Counted from the first letter of the stretch, positions 1-12,530 are shown. The stretch is 64,000 nt of DNA from Octopus vulgaris (GCA_951406725.2 OX597831.1:10912001-10976000), one strand, 5' to 3'. Numbers and translations are program-made. The notes: generated by a model from the sequence alone, not told the origin.

Positions 1-459
1 ATGGCCATGAGAACAGTTCCTTTTTGCATAAAGCTAATTCTGCTGATATTAAAAGCGTCCATAACTTTCAACATTTAAAATACTTCGATACTTTTAACTG
101 ACGCTAACACAATAGATCCGACATTTTCATGCAGCACCGAGAACAAAACCCAAGCACAAAACCCTGGACATCAAACACCAGTAAAATAAAATGCATTTAT
201 CGATTCTGGTTTCAAGAACTTACAGTTTATTATGGGTTTATAACACTCTTGCACAAATTAGTGATCTATCCAAAATTCTCAGTACCATTTCCATTATTTT
301 GAAAATGTTGCAGTTCTTAGGCAACTTTAAAACAATCAGATGAAAGTTGAGAATATGCAAAATTTCAAAGGCAGAACGAAAAATGTACAAAACTTTCTAT
401 AGTCCACCTTGTAATTATATATATATGTATATATAAATATACACATATGTGTGTGTGTG

Positions 460-508
<49 letters not shown>

Positions 509-556
509 TTTTACACATATATATATACATATATACATATATATGTGTGTATGTAT

Positions 557-592
<36 letters not shown>

Positions 593-699
593 CTGTATAC
601 ATATATACATATATATATATACACATATATATATGTATGTACTATATATACTATATATATATACCTATATACTTGTTTGTTTGTGTGAGTGTGTCTGTA

Positions 700-730
<31 letters not shown>

Positions 731-1467
731 GTACACTCACACATATAGATATTGATTTTGGGAAGTCTGTACTTTGTTCCTTTGTCTAATGAAAAGATGC
801 AAAGCATTTGGAATAAAAGACATTACGTTCATTCACAAATATATTTATATGCCGCCATACAGGCACATGAACGTAATTCAGATACGATATTTCTTGAATG
901 AAAACGGGAATTTCAATGGCAGATATTGCTAAGTGCTATGTGTATGTCAAACAAACAAACAAAGCTCTTAGATATCAAAAGCTGTAATTCCCTACAGTAT
1001 TTGCATCAGCCTTTAAAATTATTATTAAAATAACAGTTACATCAAACAAAATAGCGCTGAGAACATGATGGCTGCTTTTGTCGCTTCTACAACAAACCTT
1101 GGCGAAGTTTGGTTTATCATAACAGAAAATTGAAAGAAAACAAGAACGTATTTCCATATGTTATTGAGATGGAACAAAAACGAATATAAACTCAATAGAT
1201 TTTGGTTTAGAAGCAGGTCCAGCGATTATTAATATGTAGTCATTTATTAACTACCTCATCCCTATTAATTTGCGATAGCTTATCAGCAAGTACTTCACGG
1301 AGAATTAAAATGATTAACAATGTACTAAGATATTATCAAAGATATGAGAGAATTTTCCATGGTTCAATAAATCCTTTCAAATTTAAGATGCTCTGTTAAA
1401 TATTTGTCTATAAAGAACCAGATATTGCTGGAGAATGGTTCGCAAAGAATTATGCACACGTATATAC

Positions 1468-1622
1468 AAGGAGAGTTTACGAAAGAAACAAAAGACGAAG
1501 ACAGGCGGTGAACAAAGCAAACAGATGTATTAGTATAACGCTCAGGAATAGAAAAATTCCTTTACGTTTCGAGCCTACGCTCTTCTACAGAAAGGGACAC
1601 AGAAAAAAAAGGAGAGAAACAA
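1468..1622 (-). mobile_element. Short Penelope-like terminal-repeat element with hammerhead-like fold, copy 1
   Basis: Minus strand reads cctttCTGTAGAaGAGCgtagGCTCGAAACGTAaagg (1559-1595). Homologous to 6047-6240 and 43025-43195. Confidence 0.6.
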
Positions 1623-1833
1623 GATATATAAATATATATAAAATGTGAATTAGAGATAAAACCACTATTATCAATTCAAACAGTGATAGACATAAACCAA
1701 TACGTAAATAACAAATAATATATATAATTAATATAATATATGATTGATTGATTGATTGATTGATTCTAGTTTCAGCTTATGAGCTGTGGCCATGCTGGGG
1801 CACCGCCATTTGGTGTTGCTACTTGGTTTCACT

Positions 1834-3411
1834 TCATGGAGGCTTTCTAGCAACTGCTATTTGGTGCATGAGAGAGTTCGATGCAGCTGCCCTCATCTGC
1901 CCCTCCTGCCGTGAAGTTGGTTCATCTGGGACACCTGACAGGAAGAGATCCAGCTTCATTTTAAAGACATCTGTATCCACCCCATGCAGGTCTCTCAGGT
2001 TCTTCGGAAGGATATTGAAGAGCTGTGGGCCTCGGAAGCCCAGGCTATCACAGAATCTTGTCCTACATCTTGATGGCAGGTTTGGAGTCCTAGGCACCAC
2101 GCAGTGGCGCCCAGTTCTGGCATTTGCGTAACTCTCGATGCCAAAGTTCAGGACACTTCCCTCCAGGATCTTCCAGATGTATATTATGGCATATCTTTCC
2201 CGCCTACGCTCCAGGGAATATAATTTTAATCTCTTGAGTCTTTCCCAGTAGCTTACATTCTGCATAGAGGCTATCTTCTTTGTGTAGCTTTGTTGGATCG
2301 CCTCAAGTTCTGTGATCAACTTGACACTGGATGGTGACCATAGCTTAGAGCAATAGTCAAAGTGGCTTAGGACAAGTGTCTTCCAGAGGACCATCATGGT
2401 TTCTTGTTCTCTTGTTCTAAAGGTTCTAAGAATCCATCCAGCCAGCCGTCTACATTTCATTGTCAGTTTAGCAACATGTACATGAAAGGTCGCGTCATCA
2501 CTCATGTGAATACCCAGGTCACGCACTGATTGTGCCTCTGGGATTGCAATCCCTCCGGGTCCAGTGTATTCATTGGGTATTGCATTCAGTTTTGCATGCT
2601 GATAGTATAAAGCTTGAAACTTTCCAGCATTGAACTGCATGCTATTCTTTTCAGCCCACTTGTATATTTCGTCCAGCTCACATTGCAGGTGTTTAGTGTC
2701 CTCAGGGTTCTGTATTGCCTGTGAAACTTTTGTATCATCTGCATAACTTGTGATCGTGGCTCTCTGCGTGGCTGAGGGCATGTCTGAGAGGGCCATTATG
2801 AACAGTAGTGGTCCCAGAACAGTGCCCTGCGGAACACCGCTCACTATTTGTGTGTTAATGGAGGTGGCCCCATTGGCTACTACCACCTGACTTCTATCCT
2901 TCAGAAAGTCATGAAGCCATTCTCCCAGTTTTCCAACTATGTTGAGATCACGCAGTTTGTGACATATCATTCCATGATCGACTTTATCAAAGGCCTTTGC
3001 AAAGTCGAGATATATCACTTCCACATTTGAGTGGTTGAGCAGCCGTTTCAGCACCCAGTCATAGTGTTGTAGGAGCTGAGTTAAACAGCTTCTCCCTGGT
3101 CGGAAACCATGTTGGGTGTCGGGCAGCAAGTCATTCTCTTCAAGGAAGGTGATCAGCTTCCTTCTGACTATTCGTTCCATGACCTTGCTGATGTGTGAGG
3201 TCAGAGAGATAGGTCTATAGTTCTTGGCTTCCGCTCTGCTACCTCCTTTATGAATGGGGCATATTTTACCTTCCTTCAGTTTTCCTGGAAGTTTGCCAGC
3301 TGCAAGGAAGCTCTGAAAGAGGAACTGCAGTGGTCTTGCTAGGACTCTCTTACATGCTTTTAGGAGGATTGCCGGGAATCCATCGGGGCCAGTAGCTGAG
3401 TCTTTTTTCAT
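1834..3411 (-). pseudogene. Reverse transcriptase and C-terminal part of LINE ORF2 (525 aa open segment)
   Basis: Uninterrupted RT domain with YADD, plus C-terminal LYSLERRRERY/GPQLFN motifs. In frame with ORF 3478-3876 across a single TAA. Confidence 0.93.
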
Positions 3412-3934
3412 TTCATCTATAGCCTTGGTTACATCGTCTTCCTTTATATCGATGTAATCTATCGTCGCCGCCTCTGATTATATATCTGCAGTGGTAAAAA
3501 AGTCAGTTGGATTGGTGATTTGGAGATGCCCAAGGGGTGGAGTGAAAACACTCTTGAATTGCTCATTCAGTATTTCACTTACCCTCATTGGTTTTCCTGT
3601 AAGTGTGCCATCCTTTTCGAGGAGTGGCCCTATTCTACAGTGCACTGTAGCTGTTTCTTTGGCATACCTGTAGAAAGCTCTGGGGTTAGATTTTATGTTT
3701 TCTATAGCCCAGGCTTCTTTGTCTGCTCTTTCTTTTTCATGGGAGAGTTGCAGACATTTTTCGATTTCCAACAGTTTTATTTTTAGGCGGGACTTTTCAC
3801 TGCTTTCAATCTGTTTGTTTAGGCGATTTGAAAATTTCGTACGCCGTCTCATTAAAATTTTCCTCTCTCTGGGCATTTTGTTCTTGTGTACAGTGGCCTT
3901 TCTCTCTGGGACACATTTGTAGCATATGGCTTGC

Positions 3935-4750
3935 AGACATGAATTGTTGAAGTTTCACGTCGATGTCTGGCGAGGAGAGACATTCAGGCCAGTTTTGTTT
4001 GAGGATCTCTTTCTCAATTTGTTTCCAGTTTGCCTTATGGTAGTTCAAGCTGGAAAGATTTTGAGGGTTTCTTGTAGGCTGCATGTCCGTGCTCTCTTTT
4101 GGCCCGTACATGGTCAGCTCTATCATGTTGTGATCCGAGAGTAGTGTCGGTGTCACTTTCACATTATGGATGAGATCCATGTCATTTGTGAAGCAGAGAT
4201 CCAGTGTGTTACCTGCCCTGGTTGGTTGGAGTATTACCTGCTCCATGTACAGGGTGTTGATGAGGTTCAGGAGGGACCTCGCCTGTCCTCGTTCACATCT
4301 TGTCATTCCTGGGAGAGAAAGGCCCTCGGGCCATCTGACATTGGGCAGATTGAAGTCTCCCATAAGAAGCACACCTATGTGTTGTTCTAATGTGGTTAGA
4401 ATTTCTTCTATTTTTATAAGGCAGTCTTCAAACTTGCCCACATGGCTTGGGGCATCTGGAGGGCGATATGTAGCACACACAACTACATCAAGTTGCCTAA
4501 TATGTACAATTAGTGTGTCACACACCGAGTTTGAGTATGACAAGAGGACCTGGGGTGTGAGGTCCTCACGGATGTACATAGCAACACCTCCATGACTCCT
4601 TTCTTTCCTGTCGGTCCGTAGTACAGCATACTGTGGTATGTGTAACTCCGCATCTGCTATGTCCGGTTTCAGGTGCGTTTCTTTAAGTGCTATGCATAAG
4701 GCTTGATTGCATGCAACAAAGTCTCTCAGGAACGGGATCTTTGTCCTGTT
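3935..4750 (-). pseudogene. AP-like endonuclease domain of LINE ORF2
   Basis: Conserved APE motifs present. The N-terminal part of the called ORF (4751-4933) is (TA)n-derived and not real protein. Confidence 0.9.
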
Positions 4751-4780
4751 ATATATATAAAAAGTATAAAATGTATGATA

Positions 4781-4841
<61 letters not shown>

Positions 4842-5048
4842 AGGGATGCAAATATTATTAAAAATAATACTACTCTCCAGCAAGAATAAAGTACCATAAG
4901 AGGTAGAATTATAAATATGAAGTAAATATACACGAAGTATTTTCTTTGCTAGAAATAGCAGCCGATAAGTTATTGGTGCTAGGCAGAAATGTTTGCTGAC
5001 GGTGAATATAGGAAAATTCTTGCTTACCTCCACATGTACATTCACTTC

Positions 5049-5126
<78 letters not shown>

Positions 5127-5164
5127 ATGTATGCATGTATGTATGTATGTATGTATGTCTGCAT

Positions 5165-5360
5165 AGTAAATATAAAACCAAGAACAAACACAAAAAACAA
5201 CAGCGCGAGGACGTGGTACTTGTAAAGTATTAGCAGACGCTCAGGGAAGGAAAGAAAGGTAGTTTAACGTTTCGAGCAAAGTTCCTCTTCACAAACACAG
5301 AAAAGTCCAATATAAAAGGAAGACGGAGGATCAAATCGCCAACGATTCACATGTGGTTAC
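5165..5360 (-). mobile_element. Related Penelope-like short element with degenerate hammerhead (second subfamily)
   Basis: Minus strand gtgaagaggaactttgctcGAAACGTTaaac followed by ttccctgagcgt. Homologous to 45060-45180 (+). Confidence 0.45.
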
Positions 5361-5382
5361 ATTTATATATATATATATATAC

Positions 5383-6046
<664 letters not shown>

Positions 6047-6240
6047 AGGGAGAGTTTACGAAAAAAACAAAAGACGAAGACAGGTGGTGTACAAAACAAA
6101 CATATGTATTAGTATAACGCTCAGGAATAGAAAAAGTCTTTTATGTTTCGAGCCTACGCTCTTCTACAGAAAGGGTCACAGAAAAAACAAGGAAAGAAAC
6201 AAGGAGAGAAAAAAATATGTGTAATGGCTAACGATCTATC
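6047..6240 (-). mobile_element. Penelope-like hammerhead-like short element, copy 2
   Basis: Highly similar to 1468-1622; abuts the (TA)n tract. Confidence 0.6.
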
Positions 6241-7283
6241 ATATATATATATATATATATAGATATAGATACACACACACACACACACGACGGACTTGCA
6301 CACAGTTTTCGTCTACCCAATTCACTCATAAGCCATTGATTGGATCGATGCTATAAGATACTATGCAATGAAACTAAGCTTGAAACTGCGTGATTGCAAA
6401 GCAAGCTGCTTTTTGTAAAGTAATCCTAGCCATTGAAATAAGCAGAGCTCCTCACTGAAGACCTACCCACACAGTGTCGCTGTTAAAGCAATTGCATAAT
6501 TATTCGTGAATTATATAAGATCGACAGGCGTCCTCTCCAACAGTGGGTATTCATCTGGTCTCGCTCGAAACCATTGTGGACCCATCAAATCTTTAGAGAT
6601 ATTTTAATATCATTAATCCCGGTTATTTCTTCTGTCTCAGTTAAGTGAATCGGTAAAGTGAGCAGCTGTTCTCTTCTTCGTTGTACATTGTACCTTTAAT
6701 ATGTAGAACACTGTAACAATTATATCATACTAGATTGCTACTAAATTCAGTTACGAGAAAATCACCAAACATTCAATTCGTCTAATCTAAAATCGTTAAA
6801 CTGGTTACAGTGATTATCTGATGTAGCTTTAAACTAGTCATTAATGGTCATTAACCGTTTACGAAATATCGTCTTTATCAATTATTGTCTCGCAGATATA
6901 TCTAATCTGTTGGGAAATTCAATTATTCAATAAATACTGTTGATAGATAAATAAATAAACAATTACGGTTTCCTGTGTTGGTATCCGTTGAGGATAGGAA
7001 GAATATAAACAGCTTTCCCTTACATCCGTTAATCAGTTTAATAAGTTATTGTTTTGTGAAATAGGATGCTTAATAACTTCAATTGTGTATGCTTGGTTAT
7101 GGAGATATTAAGAGAAATATTAATAGAGATAGTTGAGTTCCTTCACTGAAGATTTTATTGCAGTTTGTTTCATTTAATTACGTTTAAATCCCCGGGTGTA
7201 CTTTCGAAGTTCGGATTCTGATGCTGTATATTTTACTTGTGTCGCAATCATTAACCAAACTAATACTGAAGCTAGATAATGTC

Positions 7284-7726
7284 GGATCTTTTCGGTTTAA
7301 CCGGCAGTTTTTTAAAATAATTTCCACGTAACTAAACACTTTTAAACTGCGTATACTGGTAGAATGTGTTTATAAAACATCTTTTTCTCTTGGCTTTATT
7401 CAGAAAATTCTATAGTTTGTAAGATATTTGTTGTTGTTTTTCTTCAATTTCTGCAATTTCAACCAATCAGTGACGTCTATTGAAGTGAAAACATTCTGTG
7501 CCGTATGAATATGTCCCTCGTTTAAGAAACACATTGGGTATATTTACATTTCTGAAGAAAAAAAGATACCCTTCCCCCACCCCTAACCCTAATCCTAACA
7601 CTAACTAACCCTAACTCTAACTCTAACACAGATTGAAATGCAATAGATCGATACTAGGGTCATAATTATGGGTGACAATTTCGTATGACACCGCTAGAAA
7701 AACTGCCGGTCAAACCGTAAAGATCC
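7284..7726. mobile_element. MITE with ~29 bp TIRs and internal telomere-like (CCCTAA)n
   Basis: ggatcttttcggtttaaccggcagttttt at 7284 is an imperfect inverted repeat of aaaaactgccggtcaaaccgtaaagatcc ending at 7726. Degenerate CCCTAA array at 7581-7627. Confidence 0.8.
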
Positions 7727-7816
7727 AAGCTGCCTCACTCAAATATCTTCTTTTTAGTAGAAACAGTCTTTTTCGTTTCGATAGTATTGCCGCAGACTAT
7801 TTCATCAAACTATATA

Positions 7817-8414
7817 CGGGGTCAGGCAAAATGATCTGACACATTTGTAGGTTAAATAAAAGGCAAATGAAGTAAAGAAACAAAAAAGTGTTTTTATTTT
7901 TGAAAAGTACATATAATGCCATTTTGTTTCATTATGTTTTAAAAATTAAATCAGTCAAATGGGATCCATTATTGTCCACACACTGTCGAAGGCGTTCACG
8001 AAAGTTGCCAATAACTCAGCAGGTCATTTCATGTGGAATGGCAGTAATTTCTTGACGAATTGCATCTTTAAGTTGTTCAATAGATCGAGGGCAATTAATG
8101 TATACCCTTGACTTGAGGTATCCCCAGAGAAAAAAATCGCACGGATTTAAATCAGAGACTTTTCTCAGACCAAAATTGAATATGCTCCACGATATGGACA
8201 ATGTTTGGTTTCAACAGGATGGGGCAACAGCCCACACTTCTCGACGTGCGATGGGGATTTTGAGGAATATCTTCCCTGGTCATTTGATCTCATTGCGTGG
8301 TGACATCGGTTGGCCCGCCCGTTCACCTGATTTAAATCCGTGCGATTTTGTTTCTTTACTTCATTTGCCTTTTATTTAACCTACAAATGTGTCAGATCAT
8401 TTTGCCTGACCCTG
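7817..8414. mobile_element. Internally deleted, rearranged Tc1/mariner-superfamily element of the DD41D (rosa/Visitor) type
   Basis: ~68 bp TIRs (c[g/a]gggtcaggcaaaatgatctgacacatttgtagg...) flanked by TA. Transposase fragments WFQQDGATAH...SPDLNPCD (41 residues between the two Asp) on + and DLNPCDFFLWGYLKSRVY on -. Confidence 0.9.
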
Positions 8415-8687
8415 TATATATACTGGCACGACGTCAGTAACAACAACCCGTGTTGCAGTTGCTCCGGTCAACGGAACAGCTTGCTCGTGAAATTAACTTG
8501 CAGGTAACTGAGACGCGAACCCTTAACATAGTTCTCAGGAAGATTCAGTGCGACTGGGACTGGGCTGAACCAACTCCTTTTTACCAGCGGAGTGGACTGC
8601 AGCAATGCCAAATAAAATGTTTTGCTCAAGGACTCAACGAACCACCTGGAATCGGGAAGTAAGCCACGCACCTTCCACAGTATATAT

Positions 8688-8733
<46 letters not shown>

Positions 8734-10196
8734 TCATTCGTACTACTCTATGTATAAATCACAATGAAGTAAAAATTCTCAGTAATACCTCCCCCAACTC
8801 CATGTATTAAAATAAATATAGTTAACAGATATGATATGATCCTTTTTTTTTGTCACTGTTTCATGATTTGCTTTGTTCCCAGCTAACAAGGGAATATTTG
8901 TTTATTCATTAATAAATATCAATTTGAAACACTGTTTGTTCTGTGGGTTTTTTAACCGTTCACTAGCGTGAAATACAAGGGTTATACTGCACCCGATATT
9001 TCTAAGTTAATGGAACGGTTTTTGTTGCGTTCTAAATGAAAAAAACCCCAAAAAAACATTACTAGCTTCCCGCTCAATCCATCACCTTTTATTGAAATTA
9101 TTGGCCTTGTGACAAAATTTGAAACCAATATAATTACTAAATGCAACGAAATGCGGTGAGATGCTTTGAAACATTTCTTTCGGTTCAACAATTACTGAGA
9201 TCAAATCCGACCGAGGTGAACTTTGCTTTTCATCCCTTCGACGTCGATAATATCAAGTACCATTCCAGAACTGGAGACGATGTAATCGACTTCACCTTTC
9301 GATATTTTGAGCCTTGAATCCTTCAACGAACCAGCCATCCGTTGAAAGGGATTGTCGTCATCTTAGTTACCTGGATAACCGGCCTCCCCAAAAGGAGATC
9401 GATAGAATAAATATCATGTTTAGAAATTAAATACTGAGGTCAATTCGTTCAACTAAAATTCTTCAAGGGCGTGCTCCAGCAAGGCCGTAGTCTAATGAAA
9501 CAAGTAAAAGAACACTCTATTTTCCTCAAGAGTAATGGAATCAATACTCTTCACGAGATACTCAGCCACTTTCCTCTACCGTTCTTATACATTCCATGTA
9601 TTTTCTTCATATTATGCACTTCCGCGGTTCTTTATTTACTCTTCTTCTTTCTCGCCATTGCTTTCCACCTTTATGAACAGACTCTGCCAACCATGCAGCA
9701 TCCAATTAATTTTCCAAAATATTTCACTTTCCTCTCTTTGACGCTGTCCAATAGAATTTTCCCAAGTTTTTACAGCTTCTCAATACGGCTTCGTTTGTTT
9801 TATGTTCAATCTATTTCACGTAACCGCCTCTTTTATTTGGTCATAATTTTCTTAAAGACTATGTTTTACGTACATATATATATTCATGATTGTGTGTGTG
9901 TGTGTGTGTGTTAGGGTAGAATTAGCACTAAAACTAATACAGCTCGTTTCCTGTTTAACCATTCTGTGTTACCTGCGCAAAGACGTCATGCAAATTTGCG
10001 AAGCGTTCCATATTTTCTCCGCTTAGGCACAGACACGAATGTATGGTTAAGAAGCTCGCCTTGCAGCCACGGGTTTTGGGTTCAGTTCCACTGTGCATCA
10101 CCTTAAGTAATTCTCTCTTCTTTTTTTTTACTATAGCTCCAGGCCGACCCAATCATGCCTCCTAGTGAAGTTAGTAGACAATAACTATTTGTAGCC

Positions 10197-10413
10197 GAGC
10201 GGCGAGCTGGCAGAAACGTTAGCACGCCGGGCGAAATGCGTAGCCGTATTTCATCTGCCGTTACGTTCTGAGTTCAAATTCCGCTGAGGTCGACTTTGCC
10301 TTTCATCCTTTCGGGGTCGATAAATTAAGTACCAGTTATGTACTGGGGTCGATGTAATCGACTAAATCCGTTTGTCTGTCCTTGTTTAGCCCCTTGTGGG
10401 TAGTAAAGAAATA
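10197..10413 (+). mobile_element. SINE family A (tRNA-like head, tail type A) with 17 bp TSD
   Basis: TSD aataactatttgtagcc at 10180-10196 and 10414-10430. A-box-like tggcagaaacg, B-box gagttcaaattc, central ttcatcctttcggggtcgataaa domain (resembles the MetaSINE core, from memory). Confidence 0.9.
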
Positions 10414-10445
10414 AATAACTATTTGTAGCCCATCATTTACTCTGT

Positions 10446-10505
<60 letters not shown>

Positions 10506-10509
10506 GTAA

Positions 10510-10731
10510 GGCTTCGAGCTGGGTGAATCGTTAGCACGCCGGGCTAAAGAGTTAGCGATATTTCGTCTGCCGTTACGTTCTGAGTTCAAATTCCGCCGAA
10601 GTAGACTTTGCCTTTCATCCTTTCAGGGGCGATAAATTAAGTACCAGTTACGCACTGGGGTCGATTTAATCCCTTTGTCTGTCCTTGTTTTTCCCCTCTG
10701 TGCTTAGCCCCTTGTGGGTAGTAAAGAAATA
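10510..10731 (+). mobile_element. SINE family A, tail type A
   Basis: Same head and body; ends ttagccccttgtgggtagtaaagaaat. Confidence 0.85.
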
Positions 10732-10733
10732 TA

Positions 10734-10770
<37 letters not shown>

Positions 10771-10772
<2 letters not shown>

Positions 10773-11213
10773 CTTAGAATAACTTAGAAAGGTTTTGGCC
10801 AGTATTGGCCCAGGCCATGTCTAACTTAATAGCACCACCTGGCGAAGTCTTTCAGTTCAGGATTTGGGCACCAAGGCCCATTCGAGCAGAGAGTTATTGT
10901 TTGCGGAGACATATCCGGGTGTGGGTGGTTTGTCCGGTACTGTTTGAAGGAATTTGTCCAAAGACTTCTTGAATTTTGTGTGGTCAGTTTCTTTTTTGAC
11001 GTGTCCTGGTGTAATGTTGAAGAGAGCGGGTCCAATTGAGGTGAAATAGTTGTGCCGTATTGTCGTTATGTGATGCGATTTAGATTTTTGTTGTGGACGG
11101 ATGGCACGTGGTCCAAGCCTTGGATGCATTTTGAAGGTGATGCCAACATCATTCGGACAGTGCTGATGGAATATTTTCCACATCATACAAATAATGTAGC
11201 GTTCACGGCGTCG
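10771..11213 (-). mobile_element. 5'-truncated CR1/L2-group LINE (second family), ORF2 C-terminus plus 3' UTR
   Basis: RRRERYIICMMWKI...GPALFN...FKKSLDKFLQTVPDKP...NNSL aligns with the C-terminus of ORF 1834-3411. Tail (TTCTAAGTTA)2; inserted in a TA tract. Confidence 0.88.
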
Positions 11214-11238
11214 TATATATGTATGTATGTATGTGTAA

Positions 11239-11455
11239 GGCTTCGAGCTGGGTGAATCGTTAGCACGCCGGGCTAAAGAGTTAGCGATATTTCGTCTGCC
11301 GTTACGTTCTGAGTTCAAATTCCGCCGAGGTAGACTTTGCCTTTCATCCTTTCGGGGGCGATTGAATTAAATACCAGTTGCGAACTGGGGTCGATCTAAT
11401 CGACTGACCCACTCCCGTCAAATTTCAGGCCTTGTGCCTAGAGTAGAAAAGAATA
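11239..11455 (+). mobile_element. SINE family A, tail type B
   Basis: Head near-identical to the 10510 copy; ends caggccttgtgcctagagtagaaaagaat. Confidence 0.85.
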
Positions 11456-11809
11456 TATTTGTATGTGTGCCTATATAAATGTGTGCGTGCGTAGCGTACG
11501 TTTGCGTTTGTCCACCACGACCTCTTACTCTTGACCAGTGGTGTTGTTTTGCTTACGCCGTTTGGCAAAATAACCGATTGAATAGAGTACCAGACTTTAG
11601 CACTTGAAACTGCAGACGATTTTACATCGATACGACCATTACTGAAGGAAAGGAAATATTTTACGGCACTTCTCAATAATGAGATTGTAAACGTTATTGT
11701 GCAAGAGAATAACAATTATCATAGATTTTGTGCTTATTTAGAGTAAAAATAAGCAAAAACACCACTAACCTTAAAAGAACACAAATGTTTTGGGGTTTTG
11801 CAACCGTTG

Positions 11810-12161
11810 CTTTGTTTGTTTGTTGAGCGAAGCGGTCCCAGAGCTCGCAAGCTGTAGTGGGAGAAGTCCGAAACGTGGTCATTTGCTATTCGTAAGACCC
11901 GCAGAAGAGAAAGCAGGTCAACCCCCGACACCATCGACGGATGGATGAATGCGCATCCAGGCTCGGCGGTTGCGTAGGAAGTCGGGGACAAGAGTGAGAG
12001 AAAGTTGGAGCGAAAGAGTACAACAGGGGTCGCCACCAGCCCCCGCCGGAGCTTTAGGTATTTTCGCTCAAAAACACACACAACGCTCGGTCTGGAAATC
12101 GAAACTGCGATCCTCCGACCGCGAGTCTGCTGCCCTAAAAAATGGGCCATTGTGCCTCCAC
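11810..12161 (-). mobile_element. SINE family D, degenerate copy
   Basis: Similar to 55828-56142, including the tRNA-like head. Confidence 0.65.
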
Positions 12162-12499
12162 TGCAACCGTGGCTGTTATTTAACGATTAAATAAAAGCAG
12201 AGCAGACGAGTTGTTTGGTTAATCATTTCAAGGTGGTGCCCCAGCATGACCCCAGTCCAATGACCGAAATGAATAAATGAAAATGTTTAATACCAGTCAT
12301 ATTTAACGAAGAGTTTAATTGTCTGCACCACGTCAATTCCTAGCAAACATAGACCCTCTGTCAATGTCAGAAATCACGAATTTTTTACTAATGACTATTT
12401 CATTCGAATCGATTAATTTAGAACGAATAATTGGTACATATTTTTGACATCCTATATTTGTGCACTCTTTCGCTTGTTTGTGCTTCAACTAATTCTGTT

Positions 12500-12530
<31 letters not shown>

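Larger units (their letters stand above)
1741..4750 (-). mobile_element. Non-LTR retrotransposon (CR1/L2-group LINE), near-complete ORF2 with 3' UTR and (CAAT)n tail
   Basis: APE endonuclease motifs (ALKETHL, GGVAMY, YRPP, MGDFN, TLDL, SDH) in ORF 3806-4933. Linker NPRAFYRY in ORF 3478-3876. RT motifs (GPDG, YRPISL, QHGFR, YLDFAKAFD, GVPQGTVLGPLLF, YADD) in ORF 1834-3411. One frameshift near 3935 and one in-frame stop at 3478-3480. (CAAT)n tail at 1741-1765. Confidence 0.95.

Noticed and set aside
336-807. YIYI, CVCV, HTHT, poly-I/N/L/K ORFs here and throughout the track
   Set aside because: Translations of stop-free microsatellites; no protein signal.
10197-11455. Recurring repeats suggestive of a CRISPR-like array
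   Set aside because: These are dispersed SINE copies, not short regularly spaced repeats; eukaryotic context and no cas genes.
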